Source: a phage. Taken from it: a stretch of DNA of 64,000 nt. Positions 49,909-59,903 of the stretch are shown here, in pieces. Each line of letters opens with the position of its first letter. Within the stretch, counting starts at the first letter, position 1. The stretch lies in sequence record PZ179880.1; one strand, given 5' to 3'. The position numbers and the translations under genes were made by a program. Below the pieces are notes generated by a model. It was not told the DNA's origin, ran no database searches, and saw only the letters and a list, made by a program, of their open reading frames with translations.

Positions 49909-51228
49909 TCACACATAAAACACATCATAACGACCACGAGTGACACCAACATAAAGAAGCTGCTGAGCCAATTCAGCGTCTGCATAATGAATACAAGGCG
50001 TATAGATGAAAGCACGATCTACAGACATGCCCTGAGCTTTGTGGAATGTTGATGCAGGAAGTGCTTTCACTTTACTAAACTGTGATTTAGCATCCCAAAA
50101 ATCACTCCATGGAGCTTTTCCACCTTTATTCCAATTTTTATAAGTTTCTGCCGTTTTACCTAAAAATAAGTTAAACTTATACAGCTCTTCATCAGATGAA
50201 ATTATTTTAATCTTTTCACGATAATATTCATCATCGCCGTAAGTTTCTACTGTTAAATCCCAATGACGAATTAAATATTCTCCAGGAATACCACGAGCTT
50301 TAACAAATGTTGATGTATACTCTGCTTCTATAATACGAACTAATTGTCCGTTATTAAAAATAATTTCTGACACAGGCTTTCCATCAATTTTATATGTTTT
50401 AATTAATGGTTCCTGCATTACAATAATTTCACCGACAATAAAATCTTTATCAGTTTCAAAAATCTTTTTACGAATAATGCTATTTAACTTGTCAACAGAT
50501 TTATTTGTAAATGCCATTACACGATTTTCAAACAAATCATCTAGTGATTTAACGATTGAAAAATAATTTACCATAAAATCGCGTAAAGCGGTATCACCAG
50601 TAAATCCACGTACTCCATGCCCGTCAATAATTTTATCATAAATCCACTTACCGTTACGAACATCAGTAGCTACATCAATAATAGGAGCATTACTGCGTTT
50701 AACTTCGGTGAGTTCACACTGATAAAAATCTTTGTGCGTAAAGAATGGACTGATATAAGCAGTGTTTTCTCCCGGGTCAACAGGTCTAATTTGCTTATTA
50801 TCACCTATTCCAATTATAGTACACCACGGTGGAATAGTTGAAAGCAGAATTTTAAATAGCTTTCTATCATACATTGACACTTCGTCACAGATTAATACTC
50901 TACATTTAGCCAAATCTGGCACTTCTTTTTGCTCAAAAAGAACGTTTTCTTCGTATGTTACTGGGTTAATTTTAAGAATACTGTGAATAGTACTCGCTTC
51001 TTTCCCTGATAGTTTTGAAAGAATCTTTTTAGCTGCATGAGTAGGAGCTGCTAAAATAATGCCAGTTTCGCCTGTAGATATTAAAGCTTCAATGATGAAC
51101 TTAGTAAGAGTAGTCTTACCAGTACCAGCAGGTCCATTAATAGTTACATGATGTTTCTTTTCTTTAATAGCCCTCATAACGATGTTAAAGGCATTTTTCT
51201 GGCCTTCGGTCAAATCATCAAATGTCAT
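49909..51228 (-). CDS. dda: Dda DNA helicase (SF1B)
   Basis: 439 aa; Walker A GPAGTGKTT. Confidence 0.9.
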   Translation of the reverse strand: MTFDDLTEGQKNAFNIVMRAIKEKKHHVTINGPAGTGKTTLTKFIIEALISTGETGIILAAPTHAAKKILSKLSGKEASTIHSILKINPVTYEENVLFEQKEVPDLAKCRVLICDEVSMYDRKLFKILLSTIPPWCTIIGIGDNKQIRPVDPGENTAYISPFFTHKDFYQCELTEVKRSNAPIIDVATDVRNGKWIYDKIIDGHGVRGFTGDTALRDFMVNYFSIVKSLDDLFENRVMAFTNKSVDKLNSIIRKKIFETDKDFIVGEIIVMQEPLIKTYKIDGKPVSEIIFNNGQLVRIIEAEYTSTFVKARGIPGEYLIRHWDLTVETYGDDEYYREKIKIISSDEELYKFNLFLGKTAETYKNWNKGGKAPWSDFWDAKSQFSKVKALPASTFHKAQGMSVDRAFIYTPCIHYADAELAQQLLYVGVTRGRYDVFYV

Positions 51229-51536
51229 CGTAAATTCCCTGCAATTGGTATACTAACAATACGCCCAGTATCTAAAATTCGCCGATATAATCTTTGCGTG
51301 TCTACATCAGGCTTAACATGTTTAACTTCTATTTTATTAAACCAAAACTTACGTGGAGTCTCAACTAATCTCGGAATTCCCATACCTAAAGCTAGTCGAT
51401 ACTGATCTTTAAGAGTGGTAAATACTTTATCAGCAATCTCCCTTTCAAAAAATACAGCAGGGTGGTGTTCATCAAGAGGAACAGGCACTGCAAATCCATC
51501 TTTGTCTCTATACACTATCGCATATACATAAAACAT
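51225..51536 (-). CDS. hypothetical protein (dda.1 slot)
   Basis: 103-aa ORF, ATGA overlap. Confidence 0.5.
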   Translation of the reverse strand: MFYVYAIVYRDKDGFAVPVPLDEHHPAVFFEREIADKVFTTLKDQYRLALGMGIPRLVETPRKFWFNKIEVKHVKPDVDTQRLYRRILDTGRIVSIPIAGNLR

Positions 51537-51537
51537 A

Positions 51538-52284
51538 TTATCCTCGGATAAGTTTAAAAATTGAACAATTTAGCGGGTATCCTCTTTTTAGTTTAAGTTT
51601 ATCAATAAAAGACAAGTTTTGATACCGCTCTACACCTTGAATAATTTTATCACACATATCATATTGCATTTCTGCTTCTGACAACTTTTTCACAGTTTTC
51701 CAATCAGAGCCTTTAAGAAGAACGTTCAATTTAACAACTTCAGTTCCTTCTGCTATACGAGAACCATCAATACGAGCTTTGAGTGCTACAATCGTTAGCT
51801 TAATATCAGAGGTTTGTTTTGATTTAGAAAGCTGAGAAATGTGCTCAATTCGGTTTTCACGTTTTTTCTGTATAGCTTTAATTTGATTATAAGTCTTTTT
51901 GATTTTAGCCCATTTCTTTTCATCTAAATTTAGTTTATGAACTTTTTTCGCAGATGAACGACCAATTCGCAAAGCAAATAAATCACGCTTTTCAATCAAC
52001 TCTTCTAAAGTATAATCAGAACGAAATGTATTGTACTTTTTCTTTACTGCAATAACATTCCCTTTAATGTATCCAACGTTATTATCAAAACGTTCTAATG
52101 ATAATTTCTCTCCTTCAATACGATTATCAAAAGGTTCTCCCGAGTAAGCGCAAACTTTCTGATCTAAAATGTTCTTAATGTAATTGAAGTCTAAGTTAAA
52201 ATCTTTAGAACGTCTTTTAGCGGATGCCTGAGTGTGCTCTAGACGACGTGTAATTTTACGAATTTGATTTTTAGACAGTTTCAT
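51538..52284 (-). CDS. srd: basic protein at srd position (putative anti-sigma/sigma-like Srd)
   Basis: 248 aa, Lys/Arg-rich; synteny modA-srd-dda.1. Confidence 0.5.
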   Translation of the reverse strand: MKLSKNQIRKITRRLEHTQASAKRRSKDFNLDFNYIKNILDQKVCAYSGEPFDNRIEGEKLSLERFDNNVGYIKGNVIAVKKKYNTFRSDYTLEELIEKRDLFALRIGRSSAKKVHKLNLDEKKWAKIKKTYNQIKAIQKKRENRIEHISQLSKSKQTSDIKLTIVALKARIDGSRIAEGTEVVKLNVLLKGSDWKTVKKLSEAEMQYDMCDKIIQGVERYQNLSFIDKLKLKRGYPLNCSIFKLIRG

Positions 52285-52307
52285 ATTTTTCTCACGGACG
52301 GGTTAAC

Positions 52308-52344
52308 TACTTATACTATAACATTTTTACTTCAGCTTGTAAAC
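52308..52344 (-). promoter_or_regulatory. early promoter for srd
   Basis: GTTTAC, 18 bp, TATAGT. Confidence 0.45.
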
Positions 52345-52353
52345 AACTTTATG

Positions 52354-52384
52354 AAAAATGCTTTAAAACTTTCATGGTATAATG
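52354..52384 (+). promoter_or_regulatory. plus-strand MotA-box promoter-like sequence (antisense to modA)
   Basis: AAATGCTTTA, 12 bp, TGGTATAAT on the plus strand; no plus-strand ORF downstream. Confidence 0.3.
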
Positions 52385-52400
52385 AATCTAAGTCCTTCCA

Positions 52401-53003
52401 TTATAGATTAAATCCTTCAAAGTCAAGAGTATAGATAGTGTATGTTGAATACTTTTTATATTCATATCTATCAGCAATTCTAAATACACTTCCAGCTGGT
52501 ATCATTACTTCTTGTTCATCTGAAACTAATTCCATATTACGATAGCGATGGCTATCTGGAAACTTAAAACTCGGACTATATTCTTTACAACGTAGAGCTT
52601 TTATAGCATACTCCTGGAAATTGAATACCATAGGAGCTTTGAATTCAAAAATAACTTGTGTGTTATATTCTAAACCGGAAGCAAAGTGTAGAGCTATATT
52701 TTTATCATATGAAGCTGATACGACTTTATCAAATGTAATAATATCAATTCCTTGATTTAATACTTGTTTAGTCTCAGCTGGAACACCTCTCCAAAGAGGT
52801 TTATCGTTTGGAACCAAACGAGATTTGATTATTTCATTTAACCAAGAGTGGTCATCTGGCTTATTAGTAATACAATGAATTAAAAGTTCAATTTCAGATA
52901 AATTAAATCCTTCAGAAAGTAATTCTTCACGAATAGAAGCACGCACCGATGCATCCATTGATTTTATTTTAAAATCTTTTAATTGCATTGCCGAATATTT
53001 CAT
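52401..53003 (-). CDS. modA: ADP-ribosyltransferase ModA
   Basis: 200 aa; R-S-E type motif (LWRG ... SASYD ... E). Confidence 0.7.
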   Translation of the reverse strand: MKYSAMQLKDFKIKSMDASVRASIREELLSEGFNLSEIELLIHCITNKPDDHSWLNEIIKSRLVPNDKPLWRGVPAETKQVLNQGIDIITFDKVVSASYDKNIALHFASGLEYNTQVIFEFKAPMVFNFQEYAIKALRCKEYSPSFKFPDSHRYRNMELVSDEQEVMIPAGSVFRIADRYEYKKYSTYTIYTLDFEGFNL

Positions 53004-53635
53004 TCAACTACCTCAATATCATACACTTTAAATGTTCCAAATGAATCGTGTAATTTTTCTTTTGAAATAAAAGTTATTTTATACTTTCCAATTGGAATCA
53101 TCCATTCTTGTTCACGTACAATCATCATTAAGTTATCAGTACGTTCTGAATCTAGCCCATCAGTATCTTCATATGTGTACTTGAACTCAGTATTAGGAGA
53201 AGAAAGTATAATATCGCTGATATGGTCAGAATAATTAAAAGCTTTATCAGTTTTTAAGCGAAGTATTATTTTAGTAAAATATTCAGCATAAGAAAAAGAA
53301 CATGCTGTGAGTAAACTAGTAGTAAATGAATCTACCCTGTTCGTTGAAAACACTTCTCCAACTTGTAAATCTTTAATAAGTTCTTTTGTCGATTTTGATA
53401 TACCACGATATAACTGATAAGGCGATTTAGTTAAATGCTTTTTAATGATTTTATTCAATTGCCGATGAAGAGCTTCATTCTTTTTGGCTTCCATACATTG
53501 CCAAAGAATTGACTGTTCAAAGTCAGTAAATTTTTCACAGACCTTTTTATACATATCATATTGAAAATCAACGCTTTCAGCTTTTATAGATAACTGTTCA
53601 ACATCTGCAAGATTAATAATCATGATAGCCTCCAT
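53000..53635 (-). CDS. modB: ADP-ribosyltransferase ModB
   Basis: 211 aa; paralogous ART motifs (LYRG ... FSTNR). Confidence 0.7.
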   Translation of the reverse strand: MEAIMIINLADVEQLSIKAESVDFQYDMYKKVCEKFTDFEQSILWQCMEAKKNEALHRQLNKIIKKHLTKSPYQLYRGISKSTKELIKDLQVGEVFSTNRVDSFTTSLLTACSFSYAEYFTKIILRLKTDKAFNYSDHISDIILSSPNTEFKYTYEDTDGLDSERTDNLMMIVREQEWMIPIGKYKITFISKEKLHDSFGTFKVYDIEVVE

Positions 53636-53644
53636 ATACTTCAG

Positions 53645-53679
53645 AAGCTATCATATCATTGTTAGGAAGGAAAGTAAAC
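53645..53679 (-). promoter_or_regulatory. early promoter for modB
   Basis: GTTTAC, 18 bp, TATGAT. Confidence 0.45.
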
Positions 53680-53690
53680 AACTTTTTGAA

Positions 53691-53873
53691 TTATTTTGCC
53701 CAGGGAGCCCAGGGCGGAGGGTCAAGATGGTATGAAGCTAGTTCTTCTAGAAGAGCATCTGGGGCTTCAATTCCATAATTCTGTAATACTATACGGTACT
53801 CTTTCTTATAATCACTAGAATCATTCTGGATATTCGTAGAATGATTATCTTCTAACATCTCAAATAAATCCAT
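53691..53873 (-). CDS. hypothetical protein (60 aa)
   Basis: ORF. Confidence 0.35.
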   Translation of the reverse strand: MDLFEMLEDNHSTNIQNDSSDYKKEYRIVLQNYGIEAPDALLEELASYHLDPPPWAPWAK

Positions 53874-53881
53874 ATTAATTC

Positions 53882-54352
53882 CTAGCGATAAAAACCAAAA
53901 TAACGATTAGTTTCAATAATCTTTCTTTCTTCTTCGGACATTCTCCAGCGTAGTCCAACATCAAAATGAGCCCAGACCATCTTAACAAATGCATTTATAT
54001 CTTTAATATCTTCAATAATGAATGTTTTACTTTTAGAAGGTTGACTCGCTAATTTAACTTTATCGTCTTCAAATAGGTCAAAAAGACCATATTCATGAGC
54101 TCTTTTATAGCCTTTGATAGTTAAAGCCTCAGAAGAAGAAAATGGTGAATCAGTATGCTGCAAAATATCTTCAGTATGCTTTATAATTAGAATAACATCT
54201 TCTGGATATTTTCTTTCTTTTATATCTTTAATTAAAATATCCGGATTTTCTGCTAAAGGAATAATTAATGAACACTTTTTATCAAGTGTATTTACTGATT
54301 TACCTTCTTTAGACATAAATTCTATTGAATAATGTTTTGCTACTTCAATCAT
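53882..54352 (-). CDS. hypothetical protein (156 aa)
   Basis: ORF in modB-soc accessory cluster. Confidence 0.4.
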   Translation of the reverse strand: MIEVAKHYSIEFMSKEGKSVNTLDKKCSLIIPLAENPDILIKDIKERKYPEDVILIIKHTEDILQHTDSPFSSSEALTIKGYKRAHEYGLFDLFEDDKVKLASQPSKSKTFIIEDIKDINAFVKMVWAHFDVGLRWRMSEEERKIIETNRYFGFYR

Positions 54353-54505
54353 TCGATTTCCTCTTGCCTACTAATGGACCGTCAGGAATTTTGTTTTCCT
54401 GGATATATTTCTCATTTTCTTCCATCATTTTACTGCCAATTTTAAGAAGCAAATCCAATGCTTCATTTGCTTTAGCCTTGGCCTCTTCTAACGTTATATC
54501 TCTGT

Positions 54506-54709
54506 TCATGATTTATCCCCATAGATGTCTCTCATCAATTTAAGCGCTGAGCGTTCTAATTTCTTTTCTTTCTCAACGCTAATCATTGATTTCATCCATT
54601 CTTCTGATTCGTTCTGCATTTCTTTATTTGCTTGTTCAACCCAACCATCGTCAAGGTACATTGAGTTTGGTCTATTGAACCATTCAAGTATTTTCTTCAG
54701 AACTTTCAT
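54506..54709 (-). CDS. hypothetical protein (67 aa)
   Basis: ORF. Confidence 0.4.
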   Translation of the reverse strand: MKVLKKILEWFNRPNSMYLDDGWVEQANKEMQNESEEWMKSMISVEKEKKLERSALKLMRDIYGDKS

Positions 54710-55181
54710 TTGTTTTACCTAAAACAACAGTAGGAGCATCGTCAAATTCATGAATTTTTAGCAAATTTGGATGTAAACTATTCCATACAGAAGAAATAAA
54801 ATATGATAAAGCATCTTCACTCGCAATTATAAATTTGTTTCCTTTATCTATTTTCCAGTTATATAATGAATCGTACGAATAGAAAGATAAAGGTTTATCA
54901 TTATATTGTTCTGCGCTAACATTAATGTATTCGGATTTAGTAAATGCTTCAATTGCTCTAAATGGAATATTTGGTACAGTTTCAATAATTCCGATCTTTT
55001 TAAGTTTTATTTCAGCATCTTCTGGAACTGGCATTGAAACGAAATTTTCTACGAGATACATTGGGTCACAATAACCCTTATCAATCATTACTGCTACGGT
55101 AATTGGAACATCTTTAGCAAATGACATGCTATTACTGCTAATATACATTTCAAACAAAATCGCTTCCATAATTTTCCTCAA
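54684..55181 (-). CDS. hypothetical protein (165 aa)
   Basis: ORF. Confidence 0.45.
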   Translation of the reverse strand: MRKIMEAILFEMYISSNSMSFAKDVPITVAVMIDKGYCDPMYLVENFVSMPVPEDAEIKLKKIGIIETVPNIPFRAIEAFTKSEYINVSAEQYNDKPLSFYSYDSLYNWKIDKGNKFIIASEDALSYFISSVWNSLHPNLLKIHEFDDAPTVVLGKTNESSEENT

Positions 55182-55561
55182 TCACAAGATGTAGATGAAC
55201 AACTAGAATCACAAGAACTTCCACATGAATCGCCCGTCCACACATGAACAGGAACATTAGTATCATATGAATCAGAACTAGACTGTGTATTCTGCGTATT
55301 AGATGATGTAGGTGTTGACCAACGCCAAGGATTTTTATAATATTCCTGGGCTTCTTCATAAGTCATAGTAACTGCTTCTACTGTTCCATCTCCCATATAA
55401 ACATATTCAACTACAGTTAAAGGAAGGTAGTCATTTGAAATAGGAACTACACCTTCTCCGGGAGTTGTAGAGAAAAAATCCGTAAAGAAACTTTTAAACC
55501 AATTAAAGATAAACATTACAAAAAGCCTCTTTGAAATTCGACTCTTTGAAATCCACCCCAA
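55178..55561 (-). CDS. hypothetical protein with hydrophobic N-terminus and Ser/Cys-rich C-terminal tail
   Basis: 127 aa; C-terminus ...[20 protein letters not shown]. Confidence 0.45.
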   Translation of the reverse strand: MGWISKSRISKRLFVMFIFNWFKSFFTDFFSTTPGEGVVPISNDYLPLTVVEYVYMGDGTVEAVTMTYEEAQEYYKNPWRWSTPTSSNTQNTQSSSDSYDTNVPVHVWTGDSCGSSCDSSCSSTSCD

Positions 55562-55728
55562 TCAGTGTATCGCATTTCAGCATTGAACTCGACTGAACCA
55601 TCTGCATGCATCATGAATGAATGCGTGACGATATCACAATCCCAGCTTTTCATACCCCATTTATCAGAGATAGCTTTATCAAGAACCTTCTGGAGGTCTT
55701 CATTTGGTTTAATCCAGCGATTTAACAT
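55516..55728 (-). CDS. hypothetical protein (70 aa)
   Basis: ORF. Confidence 0.4.
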   Translation of the reverse strand: MLNRWIKPNEDLQKVLDKAISDKWGMKSWDCDIVTHSFMMHADGSVEFNAEMRYTDWGGFQRVEFQRGFL

Positions 55729-55749
55729 AGTGCTCTCCTCTATAAGATA

Positions 55750-55784
55750 ATTTTATTATACCATACTCATTTTGGAAAGTAAAC
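55750..55784 (-). promoter_or_regulatory. early promoter
   Basis: GTTTAC and TGGTATAAT on minus strand, just downstream of soc terminator. Confidence 0.4.
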
Positions 55785-55794
55785 CGGTAAAATG

Positions 55795-55818
55795 AAAAAA
55801 GGACTCCCGAAGGAGTCC
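55795..55818 (-). terminator. intrinsic terminator downstream of soc
   Basis: Same GGACUCC-UUCG-GGAGUCC hairpin + U6. Confidence 0.65.
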
Positions 55819-55824
55819 TTGAAT

Positions 55825-56070
55825 TTATTCACCAGTTACTTTCCACAAATCTTCGTTTGCAGTAATCCATTCAGTACGTTGATTTTCTTCATATACTGTA
55901 GAATATGCTGCTTTTTCTGAAGGGAATATCTGATAATGAGCGCCAGAAATTTTGTGAACGTCAGAATAAAGAGGGAAAGCTACAGAAATTTCCTTTCCTT
56001 CAATTTTCTTATTTCCATCTAATTTTTGCTCAAATGTTTTAATATTAACATAACCGCGAGTACTAGCCAT
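55825..56070 (-). CDS. soc: small outer capsid protein Soc
   Basis: 81 aa; late promoter TATAAATA 30 nt upstream; terminator downstream. Confidence 0.85.
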   Translation of the reverse strand: MASTRGYVNIKTFEQKLDGNKKIEGKEISVAFPLYSDVHKISGAHYQIFPSEKAAYSTVYEENQRTEWITANEDLWKVTGE

Positions 56071-56085
56071 GTAATTCTCCTTTAT

Positions 56086-56295
56086 TTAAATTACATGACT
56101 ATTTATAATAAATTCTTGTGGAACGTTAAAATACCCAATTTTAGTTAATATAACAACATCACCGTTAATAATTACCGGAGAATAATCGGCTGGAGCATTA
56201 AACTTCCAATGAGCTCTAATATTATATCCATCAGAACCAAATGCTCAACTAGCCGGTCTCCCGGCTTTTTGCCATGCATAAAAATCAAATTTCAT
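56086..56295 (-). pseudogene. 70-codon frame interrupted by in-frame TGA (codon 17)
   Basis: ATG at 56293-56295 overlaps upstream stop (ATGA); TGA at 56245-56247; frame continues 52 codons to TAA at 56086-56088. Confidence 0.4.
56100..56107 (-). promoter_or_regulatory. late promoter TATAAATA for soc
   Basis: Reverse complement is TATAAATA, 30 nt upstream of soc ATG. Confidence 0.65.
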
Positions 56296-56492
56296 TTTGA
56301 ATGCTCTATAATTAATTTTAAGGCTTCTTCATGCACCTTACCTAATTGTATATGTCCAGTTTTAATTGTGTAAGCTTTGTGGAGCTGATTAGATAGGAGC
56401 TCGTATGTGAGCTCCTTGTCATAATTTTTAAATAGCTGGTCAATACGTTTCTTGTGGGCTTTCTTAAGTTGACGTTTATTTAAACGAGCCAT
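56292..56492 (-). CDS. hypothetical basic protein (66 aa)
   Basis: ORF abutting gene 56 stop. Confidence 0.45.
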   Translation of the reverse strand: MARLNKRQLKKAHKKRIDQLFKNYDKELTYELLSNQLHKAYTIKTGHIQLGKVHEEALKLIIEHSK

Positions 56493-57010
56493 TAATAACC
56501 TCGGTCTTGACGAGCGAAGTTTTCAGCATTTTTCAGATAATAAAGTTTAAAGATTTCTTCAGCCGTAAGACCGAGACCTTGGAACATGTTCAGAACGAAA
56601 TGAAGAATATCAATCATTTCGAATTTAATTTCCAACTGGTCTTGTGGAGACAAATCAGTAATCAGAGTTTCACGTCGTTCACCATGTTGAGCTTTCCAAG
56701 GCTTCCATACAGCAGATGCATCTTTTTCACCATTGCTCATACCACCAAGAGAAGTCAATAGTTCGCGGAATTCATCATCAATATAATCTTTCTGATTACG
56801 CAGCCAATCAACAACTTCACCCGCAGTAGCCAAATCATCAGGATGACGGTTATATTCAGGTTTATCTTTAGCTAAACGAACCTGTAGAGATTTCTGCATA
56901 TCAAGCATAACCTGCAGCGGGTCTTTTTCATCACCGAGAATATCCCAGTATTCATTTTGAGCTTTATCAGCGCCTTCGATCAGTTGACTACATTCGTTAA
57001 AGTAAGCCAT
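56492..57010 (-). CDS. 56: dCTP pyrophosphatase gp56 (MazG-like)
   Basis: 171 aa from MAYFNECSQ; middle promoter upstream. Confidence 0.85.
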   Translation of the reverse strand: MAYFNECSQLIEGADKAQNEYWDILGDEKDPLQVMLDMQKSLQVRLAKDKPEYNRHPDDLATAGEVVDWLRNQKDYIDDEFRELLTSLGGMSNGEKDASAVWKPWKAQHGERRETLITDLSPQDQLEIKFEMIDILHFVLNMFQGLGLTAEEIFKLYYLKNAENFARQDRGY

Positions 57011-57044
57011 TATTTTTCCTTTCAATTCATTAATAAGTTAAATA

Positions 57045-57070
57045 ATTATATCATTTGAGTATGTAAGCAA

Positions 57071-57071
<1 letters not shown>
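57045..57071 (-). promoter_or_regulatory. MotA-dependent middle promoter for gene 56
   Basis: Minus-strand AATTGCTTAC, 13-bp spacer, TATAAT. Confidence 0.5.
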
Positions 57072-58410
<1,339 letters not shown>

Positions 58411-58435
58411 TATATCATCCTCAGCAATTTATTTT

Positions 58436-58465
58436 ATAATACCATAACAAGCTGAGAAAGTAAAC
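58436..58465 (-). promoter_or_regulatory. early promoter for nuclease-like ORF and dam
   Basis: GTTTAC, 18 bp, TATTATAAAA. Confidence 0.45.
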
Positions 58466-58509
58466 AAATTTATGAAATTTGTGATAAATATTAATTTAAA
58501 GGAGGACAT

Positions 58510-58710
58510 ATGGCACAAAAATTAATGGCACTTGTTAATGCCATCAAAGGTAATAAGAAACGTATAGCTTTTACTATTTCTGCTATGGTAGGAATTTTAC
58601 TCTGGAACTTTATTTTATCACCAATTGCAATTGCGCATGGTGTTAATATTCCAGTAGTTACTCTTGATACATTCGTAGATCTAGCATTTGCTTTAGTTGG
58701 GTTAATTTAA
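58510..58710 (+). CDS. small two-helix membrane protein (66 aa)
   Basis: Plus-strand ORF in a gap with no minus-strand ORF; strong SD AAAGGAGGA 5 nt before ATG; hydrophobic. Confidence 0.4.
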   Translation: MAQKLMALVNAIKGNKKRIAFTISAMVGILLWNFILSPIAIAHGVNIPVVTLDTFVDLAFALVGLI

Positions 58711-59735
58711 ATCTTGGCATATTTAGATAACCGCATTTTAGCCATTAACCCCTGGGCAATATTATTTTTCATATATTCCATAATTTGTTCAGGGGTTGCA
58801 CCTTCCTTTCTAATCATATCATTAACATCTTTTGATTTCCAGGGAGATTTATCCCAAAACATAACCCTTTCTCCTGCATCAACTAATTTAGTCATTCGCT
58901 TGATAGTGTCAGGGTGACGAGGTTCATTATCTAAAACCCACACTCGTCTATCTTTAAATGGAACAACTTCTAGGTCTAATTGACCACCCGTAATAGCTAT
59001 ACCATTTTCAATAAAAAGCGAATCTATAGGTCCTTCTAGAACATATACATCACCATCTTTGACTCGTTCGACTCCATAGATTTTTGTTGCCTCAGGATAA
59101 GCTTTGATGGTGATATATTTTTGAGGAGCATCTTTCTTTAATGCACGTCCTTGAAAAGACTCAGCTTTTCCGTTAGCATTATAAATTGGAATAACAAGAC
59201 GAGGCTCAGGTGTTTCCTTTTTATATGTTCCTGGAGCTATACTATTAACTAATTTAGGCCATTCAGTTGTAAACCAAAGATATTTCCATTTATCCTTTGG
59301 AATACAACGAGCTTTTACATATTTTATAATTGGATGGTCTTCCGCCAATTTATCTAATCTGATGCATGACGGAAGAGATTTAATTATTTTCTTCTCAGGT
59401 TGTTTAGGAAGTTCTTTAGGTTTTTCTACTGGACGACTTTTACCTTTTTCTTTTCTTATTTCAAAGATATACTCACGATATAAATCAGGTTCAAACTCCT
59501 TTAAATATATTCCGATTGGTGCATGATAGTTACAGTTATAACAATGAATATTTCCTTCATTATTATCACCGTAATACCATCCACGGGCTTTATTTTGGTC
59601 GGTTTTTGAATCTCCACAAACAGGGCATCTAAACCTTAATTTAAAAGTTGAACTATTATTTACTTGTGTGAATTTAGGTAAATGAGCTAATGCACGATAT
59701 GCAAACTCATTATCAATCCAAGGTATTGATGACAT
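58707..59735 (-). CDS. 61: DNA primase gp61
   Basis: 342 aa; N-terminal zinc ribbon (CPVCGDS ... CYNCNYH), Toprim-like core. Confidence 0.9.
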   Translation of the reverse strand: MSSIPWIDNEFAYRALAHLPKFTQVNNSSTFKLRFRCPVCGDSKTDQNKARGWYYGDNNEGNIHCYNCNYHAPIGIYLKEFEPDLYREYIFEIRKEKGKSRPVEKPKELPKQPEKKIIKSLPSCIRLDKLAEDHPIIKYVKARCIPKDKWKYLWFTTEWPKLVNSIAPGTYKKETPEPRLVIPIYNANGKAESFQGRALKKDAPQKYITIKAYPEATKIYGVERVKDGDVYVLEGPIDSLFIENGIAITGGQLDLEVVPFKDRRVWVLDNEPRHPDTIKRMTKLVDAGERVMFWDKSPWKSKDVNDMIRKEGATPEQIMEYMKNNIAQGLMAKMRLSKYAKI

Positions 59736-59737
59736 TT

Positions 59738-59902
59738 TTACTCTTCTTTTTCTTTAGATTCCTCTTTTTTCTTTTTAGGAATCTGTTCAGGGCCTTTATT
59801 TACTACAGCACCTGACGTTGTTCCAGTAGAGATATTTTCAGGATTACCACCTGAATCTCCAGCTACCATATCTTCTTTAATAAATTCTTTATATGTTTTC
59901 AT
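59738..59902 (-). CDS. hypothetical small protein with Lys/Glu-rich tail (54 aa)
   Basis: Hand-translated; GAGG SD; fills the 61/61.1 gap. Confidence 0.3.
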   Translation of the reverse strand: MKTYKEFIKEDMVAGDSGGNPENISTGTTSGAVVNKGPEQIPKKKKEESKEKEE

Positions 59903-59903
59903 A

